From a virus (lineage: Duplodnaviria; Caudoviricetes), in the IMG/VR virus record IMGVR_UViG_3300044678_001816, positions 1-31,824 of that record: a DNA stretch of 31,824 nt. The stretch is one strand, 5' to 3'. Positions 1 through 7,898 of this stretch are shown here, piece by piece (position 1 is the first letter of the stretch; the number at the start of each line of letters is the position of its first letter). The notes beneath the pieces are model-generated. The model was given only the letters and a program-made list of their open reading frames with translations, was not told where the DNA came from and made no database searches. Both the position numbers and the translations under genes were made by a program.

Positions 1-50
1 ATTGCGTCTTCAGCGGGAGTATCAGTTCCGGTAAGTTGATGAATTCTCAT
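1..50 (-). CDS. 5' fragment of the gene following the major capsid gene (MRIHQLTGTDTPAEDA...), truncated by window edge; possibly a head decoration protein
   Basis: ATG at 50-48, two bases after the capsid stop; frame open to the window edge. Function inferred from position only. Confidence 0.55.
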   Translation of the reverse strand, partial: MRIHQLTGTDTPAEDA

Positions 51-52
51 AA

Positions 53-1132
53 TTATGCCAGCGAGCGAGCGATATTACCCATCACGCCCTGCTTCCTCCG
101 ATTGTTGCAAGTCATATTGCCCATCCAAAGAATGTGAGCAACGCGAGCCGTCTGATTGGCTGGTTTAGTAAACGGCGTGGAAATGAAATTGCTTTCCACG
201 TCGTAACGAACCTTGAGGAAATTTGTGTTCAGGAAATATGCAGTACCTCGCCCAGTAGAAGAGGTATCGAGATTGTTATCCGCCACGTTAGGAACACGCT
301 CGTCCCAAACAACCATAGCGCCGTTGAACATAAAGTTCGGGAACGGATAGTCATTGCGCTCGGGAACTTGCGTACGGTAGTATTGCGTATAAGCCGAACG
401 CCACAATTCCCAAGTAAGTTGATCCGTAAGAATAAGATCCGGCTTGCCTCCAGTACCGCGAGAGCAAGCGTTAAAAATGCTATCGCAGCGAAGAAGAAAA
501 GCGTTAGCAGTTACAGCAACGCCACCGAAGTTAGATGTCTGATTGCGCCAATAAGTCGAAGTAGCCTGATTGATGCCACCAATTGCCAACGATGCGGCGG
601 GATTATATGCAACCTGCAAAGGAAGCGGATCAATCGCAGTCGCACCATTCAACGGATTGCTAGCGGGAACAACGAGAGAAGTACCGCCAGTTGCGTAACT
701 TCCCTGCAAAAGAGCCTGGACAAAAGCCTCTTCAATTCCCATTTCAGCCTGCTTAACTTTCGTCTTAAACATCGACGCAATGCGAGCACGGCCGACATTA
801 ATACGCTCTTCACGACGCGAAATACTAATCGGCGCCGCAAGTTCACGCCAATCATAAAACGCCGCCGTAACACCATCCGTAGGATCAGTGCTAAGCGTAT
901 CGTAACCGCTATACCACTCCGCCGGCGTAAGTCCGATCATCAAGTTTTCTTGAATCGCGACGCCGCCCTCAGCAGATTCGTACATCCCCTTTTCTTTCAA
1001 ACGCATAAAAATAGCGTTCGACTTGGCGATGTTATCTGCCATCTGACTACCATAGTTCATGAGCGTTTGCGACAGCAACGCATCATAAATAATAGTGTTA
1101 GAAGTACCACTACCACTGCCGTAACTAGGCAT
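53..1132 (-). CDS. major capsid protein
   Basis: 359 aa directly after portal and scaffold; motifs YDWRELAAPISIS, PDLILTD, AYFLNT, ILWMGNMTCNNRRKQG resemble a widespread phage capsid family. Confidence 0.9.
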   Translation of the reverse strand: MPSYGSGSGTSNTIIYDALLSQTLMNYGSQMADNIAKSNAIFMRLKEKGMYESAEGGVAIQENLMIGLTPAEWYSGYDTLSTDPTDGVTAAFYDWRELAAPISISRREERINVGRARIASMFKTKVKQAEMGIEEAFVQALLQGSYATGGTSLVVPASNPLNGATAIDPLPLQVAYNPAASLAIGGINQATSTYWRNQTSNFGGVAVTANAFLLRCDSIFNACSRGTGGKPDLILTDQLTWELWRSAYTQYYRTQVPERNDYPFPNFMFNGAMVVWDERVPNVADNNLDTSSTGRGTAYFLNTNFLKVRYDVESNFISTPFTKPANQTARVAHILWMGNMTCNNRRKQGVMGNIARSLA

Positions 1133-1141
1133 AAATGCTCC

Positions 1142-1921
1142 TTAATTTTTGATCTCAGCAAGAGCCATTTCGATAGCTTCATCAAGTGACAAAGCTGCCG
1201 TTGGTTTAGTTGCCGAAGGTCTTACTGCCCTGGACGCTTTAACGTCATTCTTTATATTTGACTCAGCGCGCTGAGTTCTTTTTTGCGCAGCGCCAGAAGT
1301 AGCGAGGGCGTGCATTTCGGTAAGATACTTTTGATACGTTCCCTTACCCTGATACGGATAAGTTTTCATTTTCTCTAGGATTAAGGACTCGTTCGTCTTG
1401 AACCCTTCCAACGAATTATAAGCCCAATCCAGCGCCTTGTCAACCTCTTTTTTTCGAGATTCGAACTCGGCCTGTTCTAGCTTTGTTTCCAACGGTTTAA
1501 GGGCCTGTGACACCTTCAGGTCTAACACTTTTGCTAGCGCGGCCGCCAGTTTGTCGCCCGCGACGAGTTCGAAGTCATCCCCAAGCTCTTCCTTGAGAAT
1601 ATCAACAAGTTCAACGGCGATTTCTTTTTTGTCACTTACAGTAGCTTCTTTAATTTCCGAGAGCGTGTAACCCGCGTTGCGAACCATCTGGTTGATGGTG
1701 TCGACGGAAGTTTTTGGATTACTCAGTTGTTTGTAAAGCTGCTTTGCTTTTTCAAGTTGTTCCGCCGTGAACTCCTCGTCACCAGCTTCTTCCTCAGAAT
1801 CCTCTTCTTCGGTTTCTTCCGTTTCGGTAGTTTCCTCAGTTACTTCTTCAGTAGATTCAGGGGCTTTTTCTTCCTGCTCAATCGCATTGTTAACGGCTTC
1901 GTCAAGAGTCATTTTGCTCAT
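1142..1921 (-). CDS. capsid scaffolding protein
   Basis: 259 aa, very acidic N-terminus, helical/coiled-coil character, between portal and capsid; similar motif at both ends (TLDEAVNNA / SLDEAIEMA). Confidence 0.8.
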   Translation of the reverse strand: MSKMTLDEAVNNAIEQEEKAPESTEEVTEETTETEETEEEDSEEEAGDEEFTAEQLEKAKQLYKQLSNPKTSVDTINQMVRNAGYTLSEIKEATVSDKKEIAVELVDILKEELGDDFELVAGDKLAAALAKVLDLKVSQALKPLETKLEQAEFESRKKEVDKALDWAYNSLEGFKTNESLILEKMKTYPYQGKGTYQKYLTEMHALATSGAAQKRTQRAESNIKNDVKASRAVRPSATKPTAALSLDEAIEMALAEIKN

Positions 1922-2004
1922 TTTTTAGATCCTTTCATCATTAGTTCGCGCATTTCGTGGCGCTTTTTGGATTTAGTTTTCTTGTATCCTTTACCACAAG
2001 GCAT
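1918..2004 (-). CDS. 28-aa basic micropeptide MPCGKGYKKTKSKKRHEMRELMMKGSKK (not in ORF track)
   Basis: AAGGAG Shine-Dalgarno in the end of the portal gene, ATG at 2004, stop overlaps scaffold start (ATGA); fills the gap exactly. Confidence 0.65.
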   Translation of the reverse strand: MPCGKGYKKTKSKKRHEMRELMMKGSKK

Positions 2005-2005
2005 A

Positions 2006-3859
2006 TTATGCGGCTCCTTGCATATCGGTTGGAAGTCCAACTTGATTTTGCATCGTGTTGGTGACTTGTTCCATGTTTGGCGGTGTAGCGGCCGCCATTG
2101 TACGTTGCGATGCCATTTGATTTAACGCATCTTCTGCCTGCGCTTGCTGCCCGAGTTGTGCAACTAGCGCCATTTTCTGCGCTTCGATAATTACACTCTC
2201 GGCACGCACATCTACTTTCTCAGCAAGATGACGAATAAGTTCCGGCGAGAAGGCTAGTTGCGGATACTGATTTAGCGCGGCTAAGAACTCGAAGAATGCA
2301 TTTTTCTCGCGTTCATTTTCTATGGGCGAAATAGTCGAAAGCGATACTTCAACATCAAAATCAAAATTCTCGTCTAAATCGGTTACTGGATCAATTTGTT
2401 GGTATACCGCCTGTATATTTTGCATCTCCTGAAACGTACCGGGAGTTTGCGCCGAAACCTTGACCCAGAAAGGTAGAGTAAGTTTTTCAGCTTGCAACTT
2501 AGCGATCTCAGTAATAATCTCATTGATCCAATTCGACGTTTGCGCATTTATACGGGACTCGCGAATTGACGTTCGAGCGTCAATAATTTTACTCTGAGTT
2601 GCAGTCTGGCGATCCGCTTGAAGTCTTTGTTCGGCGCTCGTTCCAGAAACGGTGTTAAAGTCATCGCGAGACGTTGCCATCGCATTCATGACTTCGGCAC
2701 CAACAGTCGGTAACGGAACTGGTTGAATTGCTTCGGATAAAGAGCCTACAACGGTTGAACAAGTTCCATCAAAACCGTCCATCAATTTGTCAATTTCTTC
2801 TTCGCTAAGAAACGATCCATCGCGAATAATGAATTTGCGCAAGAATCTTTTACGGAACGAACGCAACTGCTCTTTCGCTTCGTTGTATTCGTCCTGCGCC
2901 GACTTCCATTGCGATGCGGGTGGAATCGGGTAAAACGAATCAGGAACCTTAGCGCGACGCGAATAGCGCAAGATTTTTAATGGACAACGTACAAAGTCAA
3001 TTGACGCTAAAAGGATGCGCTCAGCGTACGCAATAACGTGACGTTTCTTTGCGCGTAGATCAAAGATATGAAGAATTTTAATGCAATCGCCGTTAGTGCG
3101 GGTTTCAGGCTCTTCTTCATCGGCTAGCCCGCCAACAAAATCGCTGCTAACTGCATTGGCATAGAGGATATTATCTAGTTTGTTCTTGAACGCCGGAACT
3201 GATTTAAGATCTGAAATTCTCTGATATTCCCAATACCCGCACCAATCGTTATTTTCGAGTTTCCAGCGCGAGTTACCACAAATGCGAAAACGCCTCGGAT
3301 TAATGTTCCGGACGTAAATGTTTTCGTAGTCAGGAAGAGTTTTTGCGTCGGCTAACGTATAGTCGTTGGTCGAATCAATTTCTGTATTGTTATCGCTTGC
3401 TAAAATTGGACGAGGCGCTTTTGGATTGACAATCCAACTCGCATCGTAACCAACTTCGACGATGCCAAAGCGAAATTGCGCATCAATAATGCCTTGTTCT
3501 ACGACGCCAGTGAAATCATTATTAGGGTCGGCTAGAAACTGATTGCACGCATCTTCCCGTAACTTAGCTTGAGAATACGCCTTATCAGGATTCCAGTCGG
3601 TTTTGCTTGGTTTTGGCTTAAAAACCGCTTTGGGGTTAATAAACGCCATTCCCGGCAGCTTCGCTTCGATAGTTGCATAGATTAAGTTAGCTACATAAGG
3701 TTCTGCATTAGGTGGAACGTTATCCCATTGCGCACCTTCGTAGTAATCCGCCATTTGCCGGCAACGAAAATTTGCTTCCCAACGCTCAAAATACTCGCGC
3801 GTGTTATCGAAACGAGTCGCCCACGCCGTTGCTATGTCTTCGGACTTAACCTTGGCCAT
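2006..3859 (-). CDS. portal protein (P22-like)
   Basis: 617 aa directly after terminase; YYEGAQW, NLIYATIE, TATQSKII motifs and Q-rich C-terminal tail typical of podovirus portals. Confidence 0.88.
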   Translation of the reverse strand: MAKVKSEDIATAWATRFDNTREYFERWEANFRCRQMADYYEGAQWDNVPPNAEPYVANLIYATIEAKLPGMAFINPKAVFKPKPSKTDWNPDKAYSQAKLREDACNQFLADPNNDFTGVVEQGIIDAQFRFGIVEVGYDASWIVNPKAPRPILASDNNTEIDSTNDYTLADAKTLPDYENIYVRNINPRRFRICGNSRWKLENNDWCGYWEYQRISDLKSVPAFKNKLDNILYANAVSSDFVGGLADEEEPETRTNGDCIKILHIFDLRAKKRHVIAYAERILLASIDFVRCPLKILRYSRRAKVPDSFYPIPPASQWKSAQDEYNEAKEQLRSFRKRFLRKFIIRDGSFLSEEEIDKLMDGFDGTCSTVVGSLSEAIQPVPLPTVGAEVMNAMATSRDDFNTVSGTSAEQRLQADRQTATQSKIIDARTSIRESRINAQTSNWINEIITEIAKLQAEKLTLPFWVKVSAQTPGTFQEMQNIQAVYQQIDPVTDLDENFDFDVEVSLSTISPIENEREKNAFFEFLAALNQYPQLAFSPELIRHLAEKVDVRAESVIIEAQKMALVAQLGQQAQAEDALNQMASQRTMAAATPPNMEQVTNTMQNQVGLPTDMQGAA

Positions 3860-5351
3860 AATGTTTATTAAAATATCCTGATTTATGTAACGCTTTTACC
3901 ATTTTACGAGCATAGCCCATAGTTCCTGGCTCGTACTTTTTGCGAGGCTCTTTCAAACCTAATGCGTGCGACGCGACGTAATAACGAAGCGGATCGTATG
4001 CGTGATCAGGCACTTTTTCGTCGCGTTCATCGGAAAAAATTGACTTTCCATTGATAGTATCTAACAAATCACGTTTTTGCGCTCGAATTTGATAGATAAC
4101 GTGCTCGACGCCATCCGAATGCGCACTCGATTTCGCGATAAATAACAACTTCGAACACCCAACGTCACCAGTGAAGGGATTTTTTAACGATGGATCTTTA
4201 CGAAGCCATTCATTTATGCGATTTCTCGTCGCAAATTCGTTGTTATCGGCCGGATTCCACGCAATTCGCGGTGCGTCAATAGATGGGTCTACGTATTCGT
4301 CCGCAACGCACCAAAAACCGCCATGCTTTTGCGACGCTTTCTTAAAAATCGCCGGATCGGCTAAGTTATTTATGTAGGTTTCGCCCTCACTTAACGCCGA
4401 AATTGCACGTCGGTGATGACTAATTAATTGTCCCGGCGAATAGTACTCTCGATAACATACGTGAACTCCCCCAAAAACTCCAAACCACAAACAACATGTA
4501 GGAGCACTATCGCCGTGATCCATAGCGCGATATAAAGCAGCTTTGGATAAGAAATTTTTAAGCTGTTCTTTAGAAACATGAAGCACCGATTCAGGGGGAA
4601 CAATGTGAATTGAACCTTCGCCAACTCCCCATTTACCTTGAAAAAATCGCGCAACCCATTCAGGATCGCGCGACTTCATTTGTTCGATAGTATCTGGCGT
4701 ATACATCGATTCGTCGGTACCGCGCTCGACGTAATCATGTGTACGGTGAAATTTTTCTTTCCACTCAGGCGAATCTGGATGATATCGACGCCATACCCAG
4801 TGAAATTCCACGTCGGGGTTAACAAGTATCATCATGTAACTTGGCGCTTGCGGCCGCCCCAAGGAATCGCGAGGATAATCCGGTGTTAACAGATGCTCTG
4901 GAATCTTTGCTTGATCCCAACGCCCGATACGAGCATCCAAAGTTAAATAAACACTTTCGTCAATTTCCTCAGCCTGATCTATTAAAACTGAATTAATTTC
5001 TAGGCCACGAAGCGACATTTCGTTCACTTCGTCTAAATGCATCCACAAAATAGAAGAGCCATTCTTGAAGATCGTGATGCCGTCGATCTCAGAATGGCGC
5101 TCTATAAATTCTGATTTTTTACCGTCTGGCAACAATTTGAAGAACGTTGCCATTGTTGTAGATTTAAGCGACTTGAAAGTCTTACGGGCGATTACGCTTC
5201 GATACCCAGGGAACGTCAGGGAGAGGAGTAAGATTTTCTGACACCCTGTATATGATTTGCCGTTGCCATAACCGCCCGAAAAACACGAATTACGTTTAGT
5301 GAAGTTAAAAAAAGTTTCTTGCGCTTCGTTTCTAAACGTAATGTTAAGCAC
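3846..5351 (-). CDS. terL: terminase large subunit
   Basis: Walker A GGYGNGKS, Walker B-like VLIDQAEE, LVNP coupling motif, nuclease motifs AMDHG and DHAYDPLRY; GTG start with GGAGG SD. Confidence 0.95.
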   Translation of the reverse strand: MLNITFRNEAQETFFNFTKRNSCFSGGYGNGKSYTGCQKILLLSLTFPGYRSVIARKTFKSLKSTTMATFFKLLPDGKKSEFIERHSEIDGITIFKNGSSILWMHLDEVNEMSLRGLEINSVLIDQAEEIDESVYLTLDARIGRWDQAKIPEHLLTPDYPRDSLGRPQAPSYMMILVNPDVEFHWVWRRYHPDSPEWKEKFHRTHDYVERGTDESMYTPDTIEQMKSRDPEWVARFFQGKWGVGEGSIHIVPPESVLHVSKEQLKNFLSKAALYRAMDHGDSAPTCCLWFGVFGGVHVCYREYYSPGQLISHHRRAISALSEGETYINNLADPAIFKKASQKHGGFWCVADEYVDPSIDAPRIAWNPADNNEFATRNRINEWLRKDPSLKNPFTGDVGCSKLLFIAKSSAHSDGVEHVIYQIRAQKRDLLDTINGKSIFSDERDEKVPDHAYDPLRYYVASHALGLKEPRKKYEPGTMGYARKMVKALHKSGYFNKHYGQG

Positions 5352-5359
5352 TTGTGGGC

Positions 5360-5382
5360 CTCCGCTCGCTGCGCTCGCTACG
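5360..5382 (-). repeat. 23-bp motif CGTAGCGAGCGCAGCGAGCGGAG, copy 1
   Basis: Exact reverse complement of 12364-12386; includes the TAG stop of the upstream gene and the start of the terL SD. Confidence 0.9.
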
Positions 5383-5803
5383 AAACGAACAGTTTTTTGA
5401 GTTCGGCTTCGGCAGCTTTTGCGACGGCTGGAATGTTGAGAATGTTTTGACCAAAAACGCCGAGAGTGTTGTAAATAGAACGAACAACTTCCGTTTTTGG
5501 AGTTTTGTCGAGGAAGATAGCGACTTCTGCAAGCCCGTGATAATTACCATTGTAGAACAAGACGTAAATTAGTTCAGATTTATCAGATGGGTCCGGAAGT
5601 ACGAAACCTGCTGGTCCAAGCCCTTCTTGGTTAACGTACACTTCTCCGTAAATTCCCAAATTATTTAGGACTTGCATTACGACCATTGCTTGATCGTAAG
5701 TAATTGTAGTTTTGCGGCGATCTGGACCGGGCGCGAAACCAGTTTCTTGCGAATCCGTAAAGACGTTATCCCTAAGGACGTTATCTACAATGACTTTACT
5801 CAT
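5378..5803 (-). CDS. hypothetical protein in lysis/packaging cluster
   Basis: Co-oriented ORF overlapping the holin-like gene end; ATG 5803 preferred over 5812 because of AAGGA SD spacing. Confidence 0.75.
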   Translation of the reverse strand: MSKVIVDNVLRDNVFTDSQETGFAPGPDRRKTTITYDQAMVVMQVLNNLGIYGEVYVNQEGLGPAGFVLPDPSDKSELIYVLFYNGNYHGLAEVAIFLDKTPKTEVVRSIYNTLGVFGQNILNIPAVAKAAEAELKKLFVS

Positions 5804-5954
5804 TTTTTGCATCCTTAGCTAAAATTAGTCCAAGGCCAGCAATAACGATGGCCAAGTCCTCGGGAGATGTAGCAATCTGCGCGAGTTGTCGCTGAGAAAT
5901 TACCGAAACAATTGCTGCGATTCCAGCAAAAGTAGAACGCCAATTTTTAATCAT
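5796..5954 (-). CDS. putative holin (52 aa, two hydrophobic segments)
   Basis: MIKNWRSTFAGIAAIVSV...IVIAGLGLILAKD; the KNW..T..G and GLGLI.AKD pattern is typical of small phage holin-like proteins; AAGGAG SD. Confidence 0.65.
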   Translation of the reverse strand: MIKNWRSTFAGIAAIVSVISQRQLAQIATSPEDLAIVIAGLGLILAKDAKNE

Positions 5955-6180
5955 TTGAATTCTCCTTGCGTTTGATAATTTCTTCAAGATCGACCGCGAA
6001 TGGTCCCACATGAATGTAGCGAAGACGAAACGTTTCGCAGTATTTTTTACCAATTTCAATCGCTTGTTCTAGACTATTAGCATAGAACGTTACGGTTTGA
6101 ACGGTTTGCTTATTGTAACGTAGGGTAAAAATTTCTCGTTCTTGAGAAGTCTTGGGTTGTGCAGGAGTTGGATTAGCCAT
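5947..6180 (-). CDS. hypothetical protein (77 aa)
   Basis: Overlaps both neighbours in the operon; globular-looking sequence. Confidence 0.75.
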   Translation of the reverse strand: MANPTPAQPKTSQEREIFTLRYNKQTVQTVTFYANSLEQAIEIGKKYCETFRLRYIHVGPFAVDLEEIIKRKENSND

Positions 6181-6538
6181 TTGTTCGCCTTGGGTTAAAG
6201 ATTGCTCCGAGATTTACTTTATCAGAGCTTACAACCACTTGCAAAGTTTGTTGCGGAGTAGGTTGATTAAATTGTGCGCCGTGAAGTTCAAGAACTTTTA
6301 ACGCTGCGGTCATACGGACATTGTCTTTCGCTTCGTTCATTACGTTAACGAGCGTTCTAACGGCATTGCGGGTAGTTCCACCAGCGCGATTTAGTTGCTT
6401 GCGTACCTTGGTGTTAACGGAATCGCGTTCTTCAGCTTCTTCAATTATATTAGCAGCTTCGAACGGCGCAACTTTTTCAAGTGCACTTAGATCGTGTACA
6501 ACTTCCGCGTCGTAATTATCTGCTGATAGGATCGGCAT
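6173..6538 (-). CDS. putative terminase small subunit
   Basis: 121 aa upstream of terL; helical hairpin AVRTLVNVM...VRMTAALKVLELHG followed by a C-terminal beta strand, as in small terminases. Confidence 0.5.
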   Translation of the reverse strand: MPILSADNYDAEVVHDLSALEKVAPFEAANIIEEAEERDSVNTKVRKQLNRAGGTTRNAVRTLVNVMNEAKDNVRMTAALKVLELHGAQFNQPTPQQTLQVVVSSDKVNLGAIFNPRRTNG

Positions 6539-6609
6539 AGCTTTGTAACCGCTTCTGTAAAGGAGAATTTTCTAATCGAGTTCGCGCAACGTTTTCGTCG
6601 CGAAAAATC

Positions 6610-6864
6610 TCATTTCGATGCTTCAAGGTTGGATACACGACGATCGAGGTATTTAAGCTCTGCTGGGATTGTTCCAAGGGTTTTTTCATTTTCTAATTCT
6701 CGGTTTCGTAGCTCTTTTATCTCTTGCTTCAACTCTTGAACGTGCGTAACAGTTAACTCTAACTTGCTATGAATTAGTGAGAACGCGCTGACGATGGTTC
6801 CAATCGTCGTTATTATTTGTACCCAAATAGCGAAGGGTATGCCCGCGAATTTAAGGTCATTCAT
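6610..6864 (-). CDS. membrane-anchored coiled-coil protein (holin/lysis-associated type)
   Basis: N-terminal hydrophobic helix then heptad pattern ending RVSNLE; GGGGAG SD; first gene of the late operon. Confidence 0.7.
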   Translation of the reverse strand: MNDLKFAGIPFAIWVQIITTIGTIVSAFSLIHSKLELTVTHVQELKQEIKELRNRELENEKTLGTIPAELKYLDRRVSNLEASK

Positions 6865-6916
6865 CGCTCCCCGATCCCCCTTAGGTTAGCACGTTGTGGA
6901 TCGCGGCGCAATAGGA

Positions 6917-6945
6917 ATTTTATCTTTGTTTTCAACGATTTTGAA
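6917..6945 (-). promoter_or_regulatory. candidate sigma70-type promoter for late operon (-35 TTCAAA, 17 bp, -10 TAAAAT)
   Basis: Minus-strand hexamers at 6945-6940 and 6922-6917, about 50 bp upstream of ATG 6864. Confidence 0.35.
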
Positions 6946-7068
6946 TTTTGTGCTTGGGACTCTCCGGTGGGGTATGTACTTAATGTTACGTTTTATTTTT
7001 TATTTTTGATTCCTACTCGATACTTTATTTGTTCGTTTGTGCGTGGGTTTACTATAAGGCTACAGATG

Positions 7069-7099
7069 CCGGGTCCCATCCAAGTTGGGGGACCTCCGG
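7069..7099. other. GC-rich inverted repeat at the strand-skew switch
   Basis: GGTCCC/GGGACC, CCAA/TTGG and CCGG/CCGG nested pairs. Confidence 0.55.
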
Positions 7100-7105
7100 T
7101 CTATC

Positions 7106-7219
7106 GTACTATACGTTCTATACGTACTATAGCTATCGGAAGTACTATACGTACTATACGTACTAGGAATAGTACTAATGAGAGTACTATACGTAACCAA
7201 AGTACTATACGTACCATGC
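7106..7219. repeat. degenerate tandem array of the 9-mer GTACTATAC (about 10 units)
   Basis: Units start at 7106, 7115, 7124, 7142, 7151, 7160, 7172, 7184, 7202, 7211. Confidence 0.9.
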
Positions 7220-7228
7220 TAGCGGGAA

Positions 7229-7244
7229 TGGCACGATAAATGCA
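7229..7244 (+). promoter_or_regulatory. sigma54 (RpoN) -24/-12 site TGGCACGATAAATGCA
   Basis: One mismatch to TGGCACG-N4-TTGCW; exact GG-N10-GC spacing. Confidence 0.65.
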
Positions 7245-7247
7245 TGT

Positions 7248-7263
7248 AGCAAGTAAATGGCCA
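7248..7263 (-). promoter_or_regulatory. sigma54 -24/-12 site TGGCCATTTACTTGCT
   Basis: TGGC...TTGCT with GG-N10-GC spacing; faces the 7229 site 3 bp away. Confidence 0.55.
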
Positions 7264-7265
7264 AT

Positions 7266-7287
7266 GATAATGATATATCAATATCAA
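7266..7287. promoter_or_regulatory. Fur-box-like 22-mer, copy 1 (GATAATGATATATCAATATCAA)
   Basis: 19/22 identical to copies at 7496 and 7747; GATAAT-type hexamers; one base longer than the canonical 19-bp Fur box. Confidence 0.5.
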
Positions 7288-7327
7288 TGGACCGTGACGT
7301 GCTATATGCAATCGCATGACCAAAGGC

Positions 7328-7380
<53 letters not shown>

Positions 7381-7389
7381 AGCATGGGA

Positions 7390-7426
7390 TTGCACACAAC
7401 ACAACACAACACAACACAACGTGCAA
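7390..7426. repeat. (ACAAC)5 enclosed by TTGCAC/GTGCAA inverted repeat
   Basis: TTGCAC 7390-7395, five ACAAC 7396-7420, GTGCAA 7421-7426. Confidence 0.9.
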
Positions 7427-7457
7427 ACCACTGAATGCAACTCAGCAAACCTACTTA

Positions 7458-7473
7458 TGTTCCACGTGGAACA
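7458..7473. promoter_or_regulatory. parS: chromosomal-type parS site TGTTCCACGTGGAACA
   Basis: Perfect 16-bp palindrome matching the broadly conserved bacterial ParB/Spo0J site. Confidence 0.88.
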
Positions 7474-7495
7474 CTCAGAAACACGCGATGCTAAC

Positions 7496-7517
7496 GATAA
7501 TGATAACGCAATATCAA
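7496..7517. promoter_or_regulatory. Fur-box-like 22-mer, copy 2 (GATAATGATAACGCAATATCAA)
   Basis: Identical to 7747-7768; imperfect palindrome. Confidence 0.55.
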
Positions 7518-7528
7518 CAACAAAAAGT

Positions 7529-7565
7529 GAACAAACGGCGAATAAAAGGGGAACAAATGGCGAAT
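7529..7565. promoter_or_regulatory. tandem LexA (SOS) boxes of GAAC-N7-GAAC type
   Basis: GAAC-AAACGGC-GAAT-AAAAGGG-GAAC-AAATGGC-GAAT: four half-sites at exact 11-bp period. Confidence 0.6.
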
Positions 7566-7597
7566 CGCCTTCAGTGACGCTAAAATCAATTTTAGTT

Positions 7598-7613
7598 TGC
7601 AATTTAATGGCCA
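7598..7613 (-). promoter_or_regulatory. sigma54 -24/-12 site TGGCCATTAAATTGCA
   Basis: GG-N10-GC spacing; near copy of the 7248-7263 site. Confidence 0.55.
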
Positions 7614-7708
7614 ATCGCGCGTATTGCGTCGAAAGGGGATGCGACAGGGTGAGGTAGCGTAAAACGAGAACGACGACAGGACGGGCCGTTTCCGCTTGAT
7701 TGTGACCA

Positions 7709-7739
7709 TGTGGAAATGTTGTGGAAATGCTGTGAAAAA
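7709..7739. promoter_or_regulatory. three DnaA-box-like 9-mers at 11-bp period
   Basis: TGTGGAAAT (7709), TGTGGAAAT (7720), TGTGAAAAA (7731) versus TGTGNAWAA: 1, 1 and 0 mismatches. Confidence 0.5.
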
Positions 7740-7746
7740 GTACCTT

Positions 7747-7768
7747 GATAATGATAACGCAATATCAA
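7747..7768. promoter_or_regulatory. Fur-box-like 22-mer, copy 3
   Basis: Identical to 7496-7517; extends to TTGATAATG-N6-CAATATCAA palindrome. Confidence 0.55.
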
Positions 7769-7859
7769 TAAGCGGTCTGAGCGATGCGTATATAATAATG
7801 ATGCGCCAGAGACATTAGCAAACGTCATGAGGGTATAAAAACTATTCATATACTTAAAG

Positions 7860-7898
7860 AAAAAAAAACTTGCATCACGCAAGGGATAGTGTTAATCT
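7860..7898 (+). promoter_or_regulatory. early sigma70-type promoter (A-tract, -35 TTGCAT, TGn-TAATCT)
   Basis: TTGCAT 7870-7875, 17-bp spacer, TAATCT 7893-7898 with extended TG; just upstream of the first early gene. Confidence 0.6.

Noticed and set aside
134-1189. 351-aa plus-strand ORF and other antisense ORFs in the track
   Set aside because: Shadows of well-supported genes on the opposite strand; no motifs or SD.
6817-7239. 140-aa plus-strand ORF with TIR repeats
   Set aside because: By-product of the stop-free 9-bp array; TTG start overlapping an opposite-strand gene.
7781-7810. dif-like or TATAAT-containing element
   Set aside because: Only partial likeness to a XerC arm, no XerD arm, and no matching -35.
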